20,130 nucleotides of DNA from an uncultured virus (IMG/VR IMGVR_UViG_3300049846_001141) (IMGVR_UViG_3300049846_001141); one strand, 5' to 3'; shown: positions 1 through 8,204, counted from the first letter of the stretch. A program made the numbers and translations. Notes: generated by a model not told the origin, from the sequence alone.

Positions 1-872
1 TCGGCTTCGATGCGGAGATCCTGCTGCACACCTTCCAGGATGGTTCCTGACTTGGTGAGATAGCAGTAGAACTCGCGCTGGTGGCCGGCTGTGCCAGGGG
101 CAACGGTGTTCACCAGGGGGTCCATAATCACGCGGCAACCAGCGAATTCGCCGATTGCACGGGCACCGACGCCCACGCCGCCACCGCCCCAAACCACGGC
201 GCCAGAGGCAGCCAGGGCAGAGGTCGAGAAGGTCAGCAGGCCCACCTGGTACAGGTAGAAGCCCACGGAGGGGTGAACCACCAGGGTGTCCAGTTCGTCG
301 CCGCGCTCACCCAGCAGGGCGCGGGCGCGGGCCACGGAGGCACCAGTCAGGAAGTTGGCTTCGCCAGCGCCGGAGGCGGCGGCAACGCCCAGGTCCAGGC
401 TGTTGGCGGACAGCGCAGTGCCGAACAAACCAGCAAGCTGGCTGAACAAGCGGGCGCTGTTCAGTTTGTTGATGGCGTCGGCAAGCTGGTTGCGGATGTG
501 AAGCATCGGGTCTTCACCGGCCGCGAGCATCGCGACGTCGTCTACCGCGTATGCGAAACCGCGATGGCAGATGGTAGCGATCTGGGTCGCAGTGCCGATC
601 TTCTGAGGAGTCAGATAGCCGGCGTTGCTGGTGCCCCAGGTAGCCGTCCCGTTCATGATCTCCTCAGTAGGAGCCACGGGGTTGAACTCGGGCACTTGGA
701 TGCGGGTACCGCCTTCGCGGGCATCCAGCAGGCTGTTGCGAACAACAGCGCCGCTCTTCAGGAAGAGGCTGCGGTCCTTAATCGCCTCAGACACATAGGT
801 GCTGAGGTTATTGCGCTTGACGATGTCCGCCAGAAGGACACCGCCGGAATAGTTCTGAAATGGGGCGGCCAT
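1..872 (-). CDS. Major capsid protein (3' end runs off the window)
   Basis: Not in the ORF track. ATG at 872 with GGAG RBS; open frame MAAPFQNYSGGVLLADIVKRNNLSTYVSEAIKDRSLFLKSGAVVRNSLLDAREGGTRIQVPEFNP...HRGFAYAVDDVAMLAAGEDPMLHIRNQLADAI... typical of phage coat proteins; directly follows scaffold and portal. Confidence 0.9.
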   Translation of the reverse strand, partial: MAAPFQNYSGGVLLADIVKRNNLSTYVSEAIKDRSLFLKSGAVVRNSLLDAREGGTRIQVPEFNPVAPTEEIMNGTATWGTSNAGYLTPQKIGTATQIATICHRGFAYAVDDVAMLAAGEDPMLHIRNQLADAINKLNSARLFSQLAGLFGTALSANSLDLGVAAASGAGEANFLTGASVARARALLGERGDELDTLVVHPSVGFYLYQVGLLTFSTSALAASGAVVWGGGGVGVGARAIGEFAGCRVIMDPLVNTVAPGTAGHQREFYCYLTKSGTILEGVQQDLRIEA

Positions 873-902
873 TTCAAGCTCCAGTGATTGGGTTTGCGGG
901 GG

Positions 903-939
903 TTCAAGTCACAGACTTGAAGTGGTGTCCCACGGGGAC
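903..939 (-). promoter_or_regulatory. Tandem hairpins in the scaffold-capsid intergenic leader
   Basis: Minus strand GTCCC-CGT-GGGAC (927-939) and TTCAAGTC-TGT-GACTTGAA (903-921); no U-tract, so not a terminator. Confidence 0.5.
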
Positions 940-1659
940 TTACCGACCGGCTTCTCTCTTCAGCACAGCTGCGAGATCAGGGTCGGAGGCTTCCAAGGCC
1001 ATTTGCCTCGTTAAGTTAATACTACCTTCCTTCCATGGGTTAGCCATTCCGGGGGCAACATTAGATGCTGGTGTTGGTTTGGCGCCCATACCAGCGGCAG
1101 AACTCGGTTTGAAATGATGTTCAAAACCAGAGCCTGGGTTCTTTAAGTTGCTCAGATATGTACCAATGTTCTGCTCTACACCGCCGTTCAGAATCACCAC
1201 GTTTCCGTTGGCGTCCCTGCGGAGATTGCTTTGCAGAAGTTGGAGCATTTGCTCTGAGTTGATAGCTCCAGCCTGGTTGATGGCGGCAAGAGCGCTCGTG
1301 CGGATAGTGGCTTGCTCGTTGGAGGCCCGGAGGTCTTCCAGTTGGCGTTCCAGGTCCGCGATGCGGAGTTCTTTTTCTTGGGCGGTTTTGTTGGCTTCCT
1401 CCCAGAGGTCTTTCCATTGGCCTTGGTCTTCCAGCGTTTTCTTGCGCTGGTCGTCCTGCTTTTTGTAGACCTCGTCGAGTTTGTTTTTTATGCCTTGGAA
1501 TTTCTCCTCGGCTTCTGTTGCTTGAGTTTTCAGCGCTGCAATCTGACTTTCGTATTCGCTACGGAGAGCGCCGAGGTCAGCTTGAGGAGCGGTGTCGACT
1601 CCAGCCACGGGCTGGTCAGGAATCACCACGGGTGTCTCCTGGATGACTTGCTCTTCCAT
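940..1659 (-). CDS. Capsid scaffolding protein
   Basis: Acidic coiled-coil protein (LEDQGQWKDLWEE..., C-terminal G-rich linker and NPW motif) immediately upstream of the capsid gene. ATG at 1659 preferred over the track's TTG at 1665. Confidence 0.8.
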   Translation of the reverse strand: MEEQVIQETPVVIPDQPVAGVDTAPQADLGALRSEYESQIAALKTQATEAEEKFQGIKNKLDEVYKKQDDQRKKTLEDQGQWKDLWEEANKTAQEKELRIADLERQLEDLRASNEQATIRTSALAAINQAGAINSEQMLQLLQSNLRRDANGNVVILNGGVEQNIGTYLSNLKNPGSGFEHHFKPSSAAGMGAKPTPASNVAPGMANPWKEGSINLTRQMALEASDPDLAAVLKREAGR

Positions 1660-1661
1660 AC

Positions 1662-1856
1662 TCAAAATTCGTATTCAGCGGTTTGGGAAATTGTTTCTTC
1701 GGTAACGTTGCGGCGCTTGGCACGCACAGGTTTTTGTTCTGCAGGCTCGGGTGCAGGCGCAGGTGCAGGTGCAGGTGCAGGTGCAGCTTCCCGGAGTTCG
1801 ACCAATTCCCAGCGGAATGTGCCGTCCGGTTGTTGCACGTAATCCAGGCTTTTCAC
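1662..1856 (-). CDS. Small hypothetical protein with Ala-Pro linker
   Basis: 64 aa, GTG start, fills the portal-scaffold gap; TAGACT -10-like hexamer upstream near 1885. Confidence 0.65.
   Translation of the reverse strand: MKSLDYVQQPDGTFRWELVELREAAPAPAPAPAPAPEPAEQKPVRAKRRNVTEETISQTAEYEF
1750..1785. repeat. Hexanucleotide tandem repeat (GGYGCA)x6 encoding (AP)n
   Basis: ggtgca ggcgca ggtgca ggtgca ggtgca ggtgca read directly. Confidence 0.9.
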
Positions 1857-1902
1857 CAGTGGATAACGGTAACGACGTTTCTAGTCTAGAACAAAAGAGG
1901 GT

Positions 1903-3417
1903 TTAGCTCTCTTCGAGGTCTTCACGCTCTTCTTCTGTTGCCTCTTCTTCGGCAGATTCCTGTGGTTCCAGCTGTTCGTCGTCGGTGTGGGGCAACATGC
2001 CAGTGCTAAGGATTTCGCCTTGGCGCAGAATGTCGCGGAATTCTTCGCGGTCGATGACCTGCTGTGCGAACAGGGAAGTCAGCGCCGTAATGTCTTGGCC
2101 GATCAGGCGGTCAATGTCGAAGTCGCGGCTGATGTAGACCTTCGGGGGCTCCAGTTGGAGGTAGGTGGCGGCGTAGTTGAAGGCTTGCTGCAAGGTCTGC
2201 TGGAGGTCCATCGAGACCATCGACAGCATGGAGTTGGTGTCGACACGATCCAGGCGGCGGGCGTCGGCAGATTCGGCAACAAACTTTTGTTGGCTCAGTG
2301 TGCTGATGCCCAGTGTTGCCATTTGCTGCTGCAGTTCGCGGATTTCGTTGGTCTGCGCTTCGAACGCGCTAGACGCAGGCTCCACGTAATAGACCTTGTT
2401 ACCGGGTTGAGTGGCAATCGCGTAGTTGACGCCGACCGCCATGTCCTTGGTCTGGTCGTCCCAGCCCTCTAGGACGAGCATTGGTTGGGATGCGATGTGG
2501 AGGCTATGGATGAGGTCGGCTTGGCGTTGGAAGTGCGCGAGGTTTAGGTATGCAATGTCCAGTAGGGGTGGCTTGCTAACCAGGGTGTCGGTTTTGTTGG
2601 CGTACAGCGTTACGAGAGGGATTTCGCCCAGGCTGTAACTGCCGGTTTCGACTAGCTCGTAGTCGCTGGTGGTGGCAGAGGTGGTGTCGTAGCTGTTGGG
2701 GTAGGGCATTGAGCCCACCATTTCTTTGCGGGTCTCGCTCTGGCGGTAGATGCGGTAACGGCCGGGTTCGATGACGCGGACTTGGTCGTAAACCTTTTCG
2801 CCGAATTCGCCGTCGGGCAGCACGGCTTTTTCGCCGATGCGGACCTGGATCAATTTGCCGTAGTTGACTTCGCGGTCCAGGCGCCAGCCGTAGACGTTCG
2901 CAGGGTCGACTTCGATCCAGTAGGGGCGGCGGTTGAGGGCGCGTTCTTCAGCAAGACTTCGCGCTCCAGAGGGAGCGGGGAAGTCCACCAAGGTGTGGCA
3001 GTGGCCATAGGTCAGGGCGCAGATCAGCGTGCGACGTGCATATTCGTCCAAGTCAGAGCCGCAACCGTCGACGTCCTTGGCGAAAACTTCGCTCCAGTAC
3101 GGGTCGCCTTCAAGAGTGATTGGCTTGCGCAGGATTAGGCCGGAGGCGGCGCGGATTAAACGCTGCGTATAAGGAGAGAAAACAGCGCGGTTGACACGGC
3201 TCAAATAGGCCGAGTAGTCCTCGCGGGGTTCCAGTGGGAGGAAGGCTTCGCTGTTCTCGCGCAGGTATTCCGTGCCAAGCGTCACCGCTTTCATGATTTC
3301 CCAGCCCTTCATCTGGTCCAGCACGGCGCGGGTGCGGGTGAAGGGGTTGTCAGATCCGCCCATGTAGGTGGAGCTGACGAGGTGGGTGCGGATCTGGCCG
3401 GGGACTGAGTACGTCAT
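1903..3417 (-). CDS. Portal protein (DUF4055-like)
   Basis: 504 aa; motifs FLPLEPRE..YSAYLSR, DVDGCGSDLDEY, KPPLLDIAYLNLAHFQRQAD, ESADARRLD characteristic of DUF4055-type portals; position between terminase and scaffold. Confidence 0.9.
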   Translation of the reverse strand: MTYSVPGQIRTHLVSSTYMGGSDNPFTRTRAVLDQMKGWEIMKAVTLGTEYLRENSEAFLPLEPREDYSAYLSRVNRAVFSPYTQRLIRAASGLILRKPITLEGDPYWSEVFAKDVDGCGSDLDEYARRTLICALTYGHCHTLVDFPAPSGARSLAEERALNRRPYWIEVDPANVYGWRLDREVNYGKLIQVRIGEKAVLPDGEFGEKVYDQVRVIEPGRYRIYRQSETRKEMVGSMPYPNSYDTTSATTSDYELVETGSYSLGEIPLVTLYANKTDTLVSKPPLLDIAYLNLAHFQRQADLIHSLHIASQPMLVLEGWDDQTKDMAVGVNYAIATQPGNKVYYVEPASSAFEAQTNEIRELQQQMATLGISTLSQQKFVAESADARRLDRVDTNSMLSMVSMDLQQTLQQAFNYAATYLQLEPPKVYISRDFDIDRLIGQDITALTSLFAQQVIDREEFRDILRQGEILSTGMLPHTDDEQLEPQESAEEEATEEEREDLEES

Positions 3418-3421
3418 TTAG

Positions 3422-3700
3422 TCACCACTTGGTGCGATCCGCCCAGTAAGCGGCTGACATTTTTCCTTTTTTAATGTTAGCTGCATGGCGTGCTTTGAAA
3501 GCTTCGCGGCGTTTGCGGTCCGCTTCGCTTTCGCCGGCTTTCTTGGGTGAGCCAGTCACACCCTGTTGGCCGAAGCGGATTAGTTTTACTTCGCCGTCCT
3601 GTTTTGCGAGGACTGCGTGTGATTTAGTCGGGTGATTTGGGGTGCGTTTGGGTTTGTTGTAGCCCTCGAAGCGCTCGCCGCGATACTCAATCATCGTCAT
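3422..3700 (-). CDS. Conserved basic phage protein (GYNKPKRTP...KLIRFGQQG...FKARH...SAAYW type)
   Basis: 92 aa, K/R-rich, motif pattern familiar from aquatic phage head modules; function unknown. Confidence 0.8.
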   Translation of the reverse strand: MTMIEYRGERFEGYNKPKRTPNHPTKSHAVLAKQDGEVKLIRFGQQGVTGSPKKAGESEADRKRREAFKARHAANIKKGKMSAAYWADRTKW

Positions 3701-3881
3701 CCTCCTCGTCGTCGGGGTCGGTGATAGGTACCAGCACTTCGATACCTTGAGTCAACATAGTTACGAAACCCCCGATAATTTCGGGGTTTTGGGGGGTCTT
3801 AAATACAAAGGTGGCGTGCGTTAGACCGTCCTCGGCGTCGATTTCGATGTGGACGCAGCCGCCATTGATGGTTTGGATCAT
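3687..3881 (-). CDS. Hypothetical protein with acidic C-terminal tail
   Basis: 64 aa, overlaps both neighbours, ends DPDDEEDDDD. Confidence 0.7.
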   Translation of the reverse strand: MIQTINGGCVHIEIDAEDGLTHATFVFKTPQNPEIIGGFVTMLTQGIEVLVPITDPDDEEDDDD

Positions 3882-4249
3882 TAGCCGTCGGATAGTGCTC
3901 CAAGCGTTACGGTTACGGTCGGACCGGCGTTTGTTAACGCAGTTACGTAAAAAACGTAGTCGCGAACCGGTTTGTCCTGGATGAAATAGAGGTAGGTGCC
4001 GTTGGCGCTGATGCGTTGGGCTCCAGCGTGTTTGGTGGCGGCTGCGACAAGTCCGAAGTCGTCGTTGCCGGTCAAACTTCCGCCGAAGTCAATGTCAATG
4101 TGGCCGCTGACAAAACCAGTTACCTTGACCTGAAAACAGGTATGGCCGGCAACAACGTTGCGGAAAAATAGCGAGCCAACATCAGTAAGGCTTTGGCTGG
4201 GGTAGATCGTGAGTTCGCCGTCGTAGACGGTGCCGGTTCCAGTGGCCAT
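3881..4249 (-). CDS. Hypothetical beta-rich protein, possibly virion-associated
   Basis: 122 aa, G/T/V-rich alternating pattern, in the late operon with tight coupling to neighbours. Confidence 0.7.
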   Translation of the reverse strand: MATGTGTVYDGELTIYPSQSLTDVGSLFFRNVVAGHTCFQVKVTGFVSGHIDIDFGGSLTGNDDFGLVAAATKHAGAQRISANGTYLYFIQDKPVRDYVFYVTALTNAGPTVTVTLGALSDG

Positions 4250-4252
4250 GGG

Positions 4253-4417
4253 TTACTTTTTGCGGGGTTTCTTGGCGGTTTTGGCCGCTGCTTTGAAGTC
4301 GGCGGCTGTTGGGGCGCCTTTGCTGCCGGGTTTGCGCATCTTTTCGCCGGATCCAGCGGCGATGCGCTTGCGTTTGGCGTTGATGTTGTCGTATAAGCCT
4401 TTTTTCTTGGGTGCCAT
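4253..4417 (-). CDS. Small highly basic phage protein (54 aa)
   Basis: Not in the track: MAPKKKGLYDNINAKRKRIAAGSGEKMRKPGSKGAPTAADFKAAAKTAKKPRKK; fits exactly between neighbours; 18/54 residues K or R. Confidence 0.85.
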   Translation of the reverse strand: MAPKKKGLYDNINAKRKRIAAGSGEKMRKPGSKGAPTAADFKAAAKTAKKPRKK

Positions 4418-4419
4418 GG

Positions 4420-4569
4420 CTATTTCTTGCGCTTTTGGGCGGCTTTTTTCGCTTTGCGGGCGGTGTCGTAAGCAATAGCGGAGGCTTGCTTTTGGTCGTA
4501 GCCCTCTTTCACCAGCATCCGGATGTTCTCGGAGATGGTTTTCTGGGAATAGCCGCGTTTTAGGGGCAT
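4420..4569 (-). CDS. Small basic phage protein (49 aa, [17 protein letters not shown] type)
   Basis: C-terminal part of track ORF 4420..4812 with ATG at 4569; TAGACT -10-like hexamer about 20 nt upstream. Confidence 0.85.
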   Translation of the reverse strand: MPLKRGYSQKTISENIRMLVKEGYDQKQASAIAYDTARKAKKAAQKRKK

Positions 4570-4600
4570 CGCACCAGTGCTTTGTTGCAGTCTAAAGCCC

Positions 4601-5851
4601 TTAATAGAGGCGATAGCTGGTTTGACCCAGCGTGCCGGCCTTGGCGAGGTTGAACTGCTGTAAACACAGGTAGCCAAAGGCGTCGAAGGCGTGGTCCACA
4701 CCAAGATTCTTGTTGGGGAGGCCCGTGCCAGGGGCGTAGGTGAGGGTGCGGAGGGACTTGATGAGTTCTTTGCAGCGGGGGTGGATGTAGGTGCGGCGGG
4801 TTCCAGTCGCATCGAGAAGGGCGGTGTTGACGGCGGTGATCTTGTCGCGGATTTTCCAGGGGGCTTTTGGGCTGGAGACGTTGAAGCCGCTGCGGCGGAG
4901 GATGTTGTGGTCGGTCAGACCCACGCCGCTGGTTTTGCGGGCGCCACCAGTGGGGTCCGGGCAGGCGATCACGCGGCGATCCACGCCGAAACGGCGGGTG
5001 ACTTCCTCGGCGAAGTCCCAGGTGGTGGCGCCGCCAGTGAGGATAATTTCGTCGAAAACATAGAGTGTTTCATTATCTTTTACAGCGCAAATTCCTGACA
5101 TCGGGCTAACATTAAAGTCGACGCCAAGCAGTAGCGGTAGGACAGAAATATCTGATGCTTCGGTTGAAATGTTTTCGTCGCCGAATGATATTGCAACGAG
5201 GCCGCTGAGGTTCTCGAAGCTGGCCTCGAATTCTTGGCGGAAGGTGCGGGCGTCGAGTTGGCCTCTTGCGGCTTCAATCTCCTCCGGGGGGACGTTGTCG
5301 CCTTCAATCGTCGTGAATTGCCAGCGGCTCCAGTTGTCGTCGCCGCTATCCGCGTATTGCCAGAGTTCGTAGAACCAGCTGGCGGTGCCATCCGGGGTGG
5401 AGATGAAGAGTGCCCAGCCTTGTTTGTCGGCGAGGGCGGGGCGGATAACCTCGAACCAGACTTCGCTGGACATAAATGCGGCTTCGTCGAGGACGACTCC
5501 AGCGAGGCTTCTGCCTCGCAGAGCCATTGCGTTTTCGGTGCCTTTCAGCTCGATTGTTGAGCCGTTTACTAGTTCGATCTTCAAATCCGTCTCATTTTTG
5601 GCCTTAATCCATGCTTTAGGGACTAACTTTTTCAATAATTTCCACACAATATCCTTACTCATGCGGTACGTTGGAGCACAATAAAAGAACGTTTCTCCGG
5701 GTCGTTCTATAGCTCCACGCAGAAGTTCCACGCAGGAGAGGTAGCTCTTACCGAAGCGGCGTCCGGCGACTAGGACGCGGAAGCGCTTGCGGCTTGAGAA
5801 AACTTGGCCCTGGGCGTAACGGAGGCTGACCGCTCCAGCAGATTCGGGCAT
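4601..5851 (-). CDS. terL: Terminase large subunit
   Basis: Walker A AGRRFGKS, Walker B VVLDEAAF, motif III ISTP, nuclease GVDFNV and C-terminal DHAFDAFGY. Confidence 0.95.
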   Translation of the reverse strand: MPESAGAVSLRYAQGQVFSSRKRFRVLVAGRRFGKSYLSCVELLRGAIERPGETFFYCAPTYRMSKDIVWKLLKKLVPKAWIKAKNETDLKIELVNGSTIELKGTENAMALRGRSLAGVVLDEAAFMSSEVWFEVIRPALADKQGWALFISTPDGTASWFYELWQYADSGDDNWSRWQFTTIEGDNVPPEEIEAARGQLDARTFRQEFEASFENLSGLVAISFGDENISTEASDISVLPLLLGVDFNVSPMSGICAVKDNETLYVFDEIILTGGATTWDFAEEVTRRFGVDRRVIACPDPTGGARKTSGVGLTDHNILRRSGFNVSSPKAPWKIRDKITAVNTALLDATGTRRTYIHPRCKELIKSLRTLTYAPGTGLPNKNLGVDHAFDAFGYLCLQQFNLAKAGTLGQTSYRLY

Positions 5852-5967
5852 TTTTATCTGGGGGGTACCTTCTAGTGTATTGCAGGAATCGCAACCCCTC
5901 CCCCCGGTGTGTAACAGAGGAAGGAATTGCGAATGTATCAGTAAGTTCCCTACGCCCAGCCCTGCGC

Positions 5968-5982
5968 GTTAAGTTTTGCAAC
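5968..5982. promoter_or_regulatory. GTWAAG-N4-GCRAC motif (HLR1/RpaB-like); further copies at 8216-8230 and 14599-14613
   Basis: GTTAAGTTTTGCAAC (+5968), GTTAAGATGTGCAAC (- strand, 8216-8230), GTAAAGATGTGCGAC (+14599); all intergenic. Confidence 0.4.
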
Positions 5983-5996
5983 CCGCCCCCCAGGAA

Positions 5997-6011
5997 TGAG
6001 AATGATTCTCA
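5997..6011. promoter_or_regulatory. 7-1-7 palindrome TGAGAAT-G-ATTCTCA (Fur-box-like), copy 1
   Basis: Perfect 7-1-7 inverted repeat, extendable to 11-1-11 with one mismatch (5993-6015); resembles the Fur 7-1-7 consensus TGATAATnATTATCA. Confidence 0.6.
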
Positions 6012-6044
6012 CTCCCGCAGGGGCAAGCGGTGCGGCGTCAGTCG

Positions 6045-6188
6045 CTAGCGGCCGAGCACGAGCAGTCGGCACTCAGCCTGGCCGCGGCCGGTAGCCTCGC
6101 AACGTGCCAGCTGGGCGGCATTGTCGGCGCCCATAGCTAGGACGCCAACGCCGATCAGTAGGACGGCGAGTAGGTGGAGACGTGTCAT
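6045..6188 (-). CDS. Small single-pass membrane protein with a Cys pair (47 aa)
   Basis: Not in the track: MTRLHLLAVLLIGVGVLAMGADNAAQLARCEATGRGQAECRLLVLGR; has its own promoter-like element upstream. Confidence 0.7.
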   Translation of the reverse strand: MTRLHLLAVLLIGVGVLAMGADNAAQLARCEATGRGQAECRLLVLGR

Positions 6189-6214
6189 AGGGAAGCGTGG
6201 TGAGCTTGCCTCCC

Positions 6215-6243
6215 ATTGTTGCACACTATCGGCCAGCGGTCAA
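6215..6243 (-). promoter_or_regulatory. sigma70-like promoter TTGACC-N17-AACAAT
   Basis: Exact 17-nt spacing upstream of the 6045..6188 gene; same architecture as 14623-14651. Confidence 0.5.
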
Positions 6244-6698
6244 GGCTGGCGCCGATCCTCCACGGTGATTTCCAGGCGAGGCGCTGCAGCCGCTGCGGCT
6301 TCCGGTGCGACCTCACCAACCACAGCGCCGAGGTCGCGCATCAGCAGCTGAGCGCTTCCGATCTGACCCTTACGAATTGCCACGTCGATAGCGCGTAGGC
6401 GCATCCCCTGGAGACGTGAAACTATCGACTCCCTATCCTTCTGCCAGTCCTGCTCGTTCCACTGTTTTACAGCATCCCAATCTCTCCAGGCTGTAACTTC
6501 GCCGATGCCTTCACGATCAGCATGATCTAGCACCAACTGCCGAACGGTCAAACCCGTTAGCTGGCGTTTGTACAAACGCTTCCTACGCTCTTCAATAACA
6601 GCGTCAGGATTCCGCTTACCGTATGGGCGCTGCGTATTCTTTACAGCTTCCGGCGCAATCTCCGGCGCTTCGCTGTTAGCTTCCGGTGCGTCGCTCAC
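6240..6698 (-). CDS. Probable terminase small subunit (HTH-like helical protein)
   Basis: Upstream of terL; helical protein with HTH-like segment (LTVRQLVLDHADREGIGEVTAWRDW) and C-terminal beta tail (PRLEITVED). GTG at 6698 preferred because a TAGTAT -10 lies at 6725-6730. Confidence 0.6.
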   Translation of the reverse strand: MSDAPEANSEAPEIAPEAVKNTQRPYGKRNPDAVIEERRKRLYKRQLTGLTVRQLVLDHADREGIGEVTAWRDWDAVKQWNEQDWQKDRESIVSRLQGMRLRAIDVAIRKGQIGSAQLLMRDLGAVVGEVAPEAAAAAAPRLEITVEDRRQP

Positions 6699-6748
6699 TG
6701 TTAAGATCCGCTGCGTTTGATTCAATACTAGCGCCACCACTGCGGCAC

Positions 6749-6776
6749 AATAAAAGCCCGACCATAAGGCCGGGCC
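6749..6776 (-). terminator. Intrinsic terminator of the leftward early operon
   Basis: Minus strand GGCCCGGCC-TTAT-GGTCGGGCT followed by TTTATT, just after the stop of 6798..7445. Confidence 0.75.
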
Positions 6777-6797
6777 GTTGATCGGTAAGGGCGCCAG

Positions 6798-7445
6798 TCA
6801 GCAAGGCCGGAAGACTGCCCATTGGCTCCCGTTGATCCGTTGCAACCAGTAGGCGTCACCAATCTCTAGTTCGCGCCAGGCAGCCTGCCAGTCAATGCAA
6901 CCTAGCGGCCATACTTGGGTGCCATCCGTCATCCCCAATTCTTCCGCTAACTGCTGAGCGTATTCTGCGCCAGCTTGTTCTGAGCTATAGCCTTCTGCCT
7001 CGCCTTGGTAGCAGTCTTTGTAGGTATCGGGATCGACGCCAGAAGCGCAAAGCTCAGAGACAACCGGCACCAAAGCCGCAGGGTCAGAGTCTGCAGCAAA
7101 GCCGCAATGCTCCAGGCACTCTGCCCATTCTTCCTGCAACCAGAATCCGAAACAAGAGCCATCGCCTTCGGACGCGCCAAAGTAGAAACCAGTCGGCGCC
7201 AGATCATTCAGGCGGTCGAAAGCCCAGGCAGTAGCCTCATCCCAGGCGTCGCACGGTTCCGGGCCGATAAGGTCCGAAGCGTAAGCGGCGCACTGCTGCA
7301 GATCGGAACGGAACGGTTCCGGTATGTCTTGCCCCAAGCGGTCAAAAGCGCCAAGGTAGGCATCGGCCAGATGGTCGGTGCGCAACGTGTCAGTGCTGAC
7401 GATCCAGGGGAAGGACGCCAGCTGTTCGGTGGTGTAGCGAGTCAT
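6798..7445 (-). CDS. Acidic protein with ArdA-like antirestriction C-terminal domain
   Basis: C-terminus YQGE...AEYAQQLAEELG...CIDWQAAWRELEIGDAY...AVFR matches the ArdA domain-3 pattern; N-terminal part has a LAPTGFYFGASEGDGSCFGFW motif; very D/E-rich. Confidence 0.6.
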   Translation of the reverse strand: MTRYTTEQLASFPWIVSTDTLRTDHLADAYLGAFDRLGQDIPEPFRSDLQQCAAYASDLIGPEPCDAWDEATAWAFDRLNDLAPTGFYFGASEGDGSCFGFWLQEEWAECLEHCGFAADSDPAALVPVVSELCASGVDPDTYKDCYQGEAEGYSSEQAGAEYAQQLAEELGMTDGTQVWPLGCIDWQAAWRELEIGDAYWLQRINGSQWAVFRPC

Positions 7446-7477
7446 GGTGTGAGCCTATGGGTTGGGTCTCGTGAAAT

Positions 7478-7506
7478 ACAGTAAGCCCGGACGGGCCAGC
7501 CGTCAA
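7478..7506 (-). promoter_or_regulatory. Near-consensus sigma70 promoter TTGACG-N17-TACTGT
   Basis: cgtcaa at 7501-7506 and acagta at 7478-7483 on +, 17 nt apart, directly upstream of the ArdA-like gene. Confidence 0.75.
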
Positions 7507-7946
7507 GCGTTACAGGCTAGGTAGATTCGCCCGCCGTCTCCTACGTAGGCGCCGATCTCACCCTGCGCAATCGCTAACTGCTCCATCGTCTCGCAGCAGT
7601 CACGCTCCACGCCGGGCCGCCACCGATCCGTCATGCTGACGCCGTGGCCGTCTCGCGCCAGTACGTAGGCGTGTTCCACGCGGTCGACGCCTAGCAGATC
7701 TTCAACGGAAAGCTCGCCTAGGCCGTATTCCAGCAGGCAGCCATCGGCAAGGTCGCGCCAGGCATAGTACTGATCAGACAATGCCTGCATGTCTTCCCGC
7801 CATGCGGCGGACATGTCGTGATCACGCTCCAGCGGTTCGCCGTTGTCATCTGACGTGGCCCATAGGATCGTCTCCCATAGCGCGGCGTCAACCATGCTCG
7901 GGCGCCAGCCTGCGGATTCTGCGGGATGGATGGTGCGGTTTTTCAT
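7503..7946 (-). CDS. Conserved phage early hypothetical protein
   Basis: 147 aa acidic protein; LWATSDDNGEPL...HAYVLARDGHGVSMTDR...GEIGAYVGDGGRIY resembles a diverged member of the GHDFWLTRNGHGAGFWD-type phage family (recalled, not searched). Confidence 0.75.
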   Translation of the reverse strand: MKNRTIHPAESAGWRPSMVDAALWETILWATSDDNGEPLERDHDMSAAWREDMQALSDQYYAWRDLADGCLLEYGLGELSVEDLLGVDRVEHAYVLARDGHGVSMTDRWRPGVERDCCETMEQLAIAQGEIGAYVGDGGRIYLACNA

Positions 7947-7949
7947 CGC

Positions 7950-8153
7950 TCAGGCCTCGCAAGTTGGGTTGATCTGAAGCGCTGCCAGAATCGCGCCAGT
8001 GGTTTGGTACGGGAAGTGCTGGCAGGTCGCACCGGCAAAGCGCCAGCAGCGGAACGTGCCAGACCAGTAAAGGTCTGAGGGATCTACACCAGCGGCCACA
8101 AGCTGAGCGGCTGTTGCTGGTGGGTGTGCTTGATCTCTGTAGTGGGTTTGCAT
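7950..8153 (-). CDS. Hypothetical protein
   Basis: 67 aa, ATG start, first gene of the leftward early operon, 3 nt from the next gene. Confidence 0.6.
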   Translation of the reverse strand: MQTHYRDQAHPPATAAQLVAAGVDPSDLYWSGTFRCWRFAGATCQHFPYQTTGAILAALQINPTCEA

Positions 8154-8204
8154 GGTTGCCTAGGTGTGGCTGCCCCAGATCCTAGCCTCAGCTCCAGCCC
8201 CTCT

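Noticed and set aside
81..887. 268-aa plus-strand ORF
   Set aside because: Antisense shadow of the major capsid gene on the minus strand.
1750..1785. (AP)n repeat as a phase-variation switch
   Set aside because: The 6-nt unit preserves frame; it is an ordinary flexible linker.
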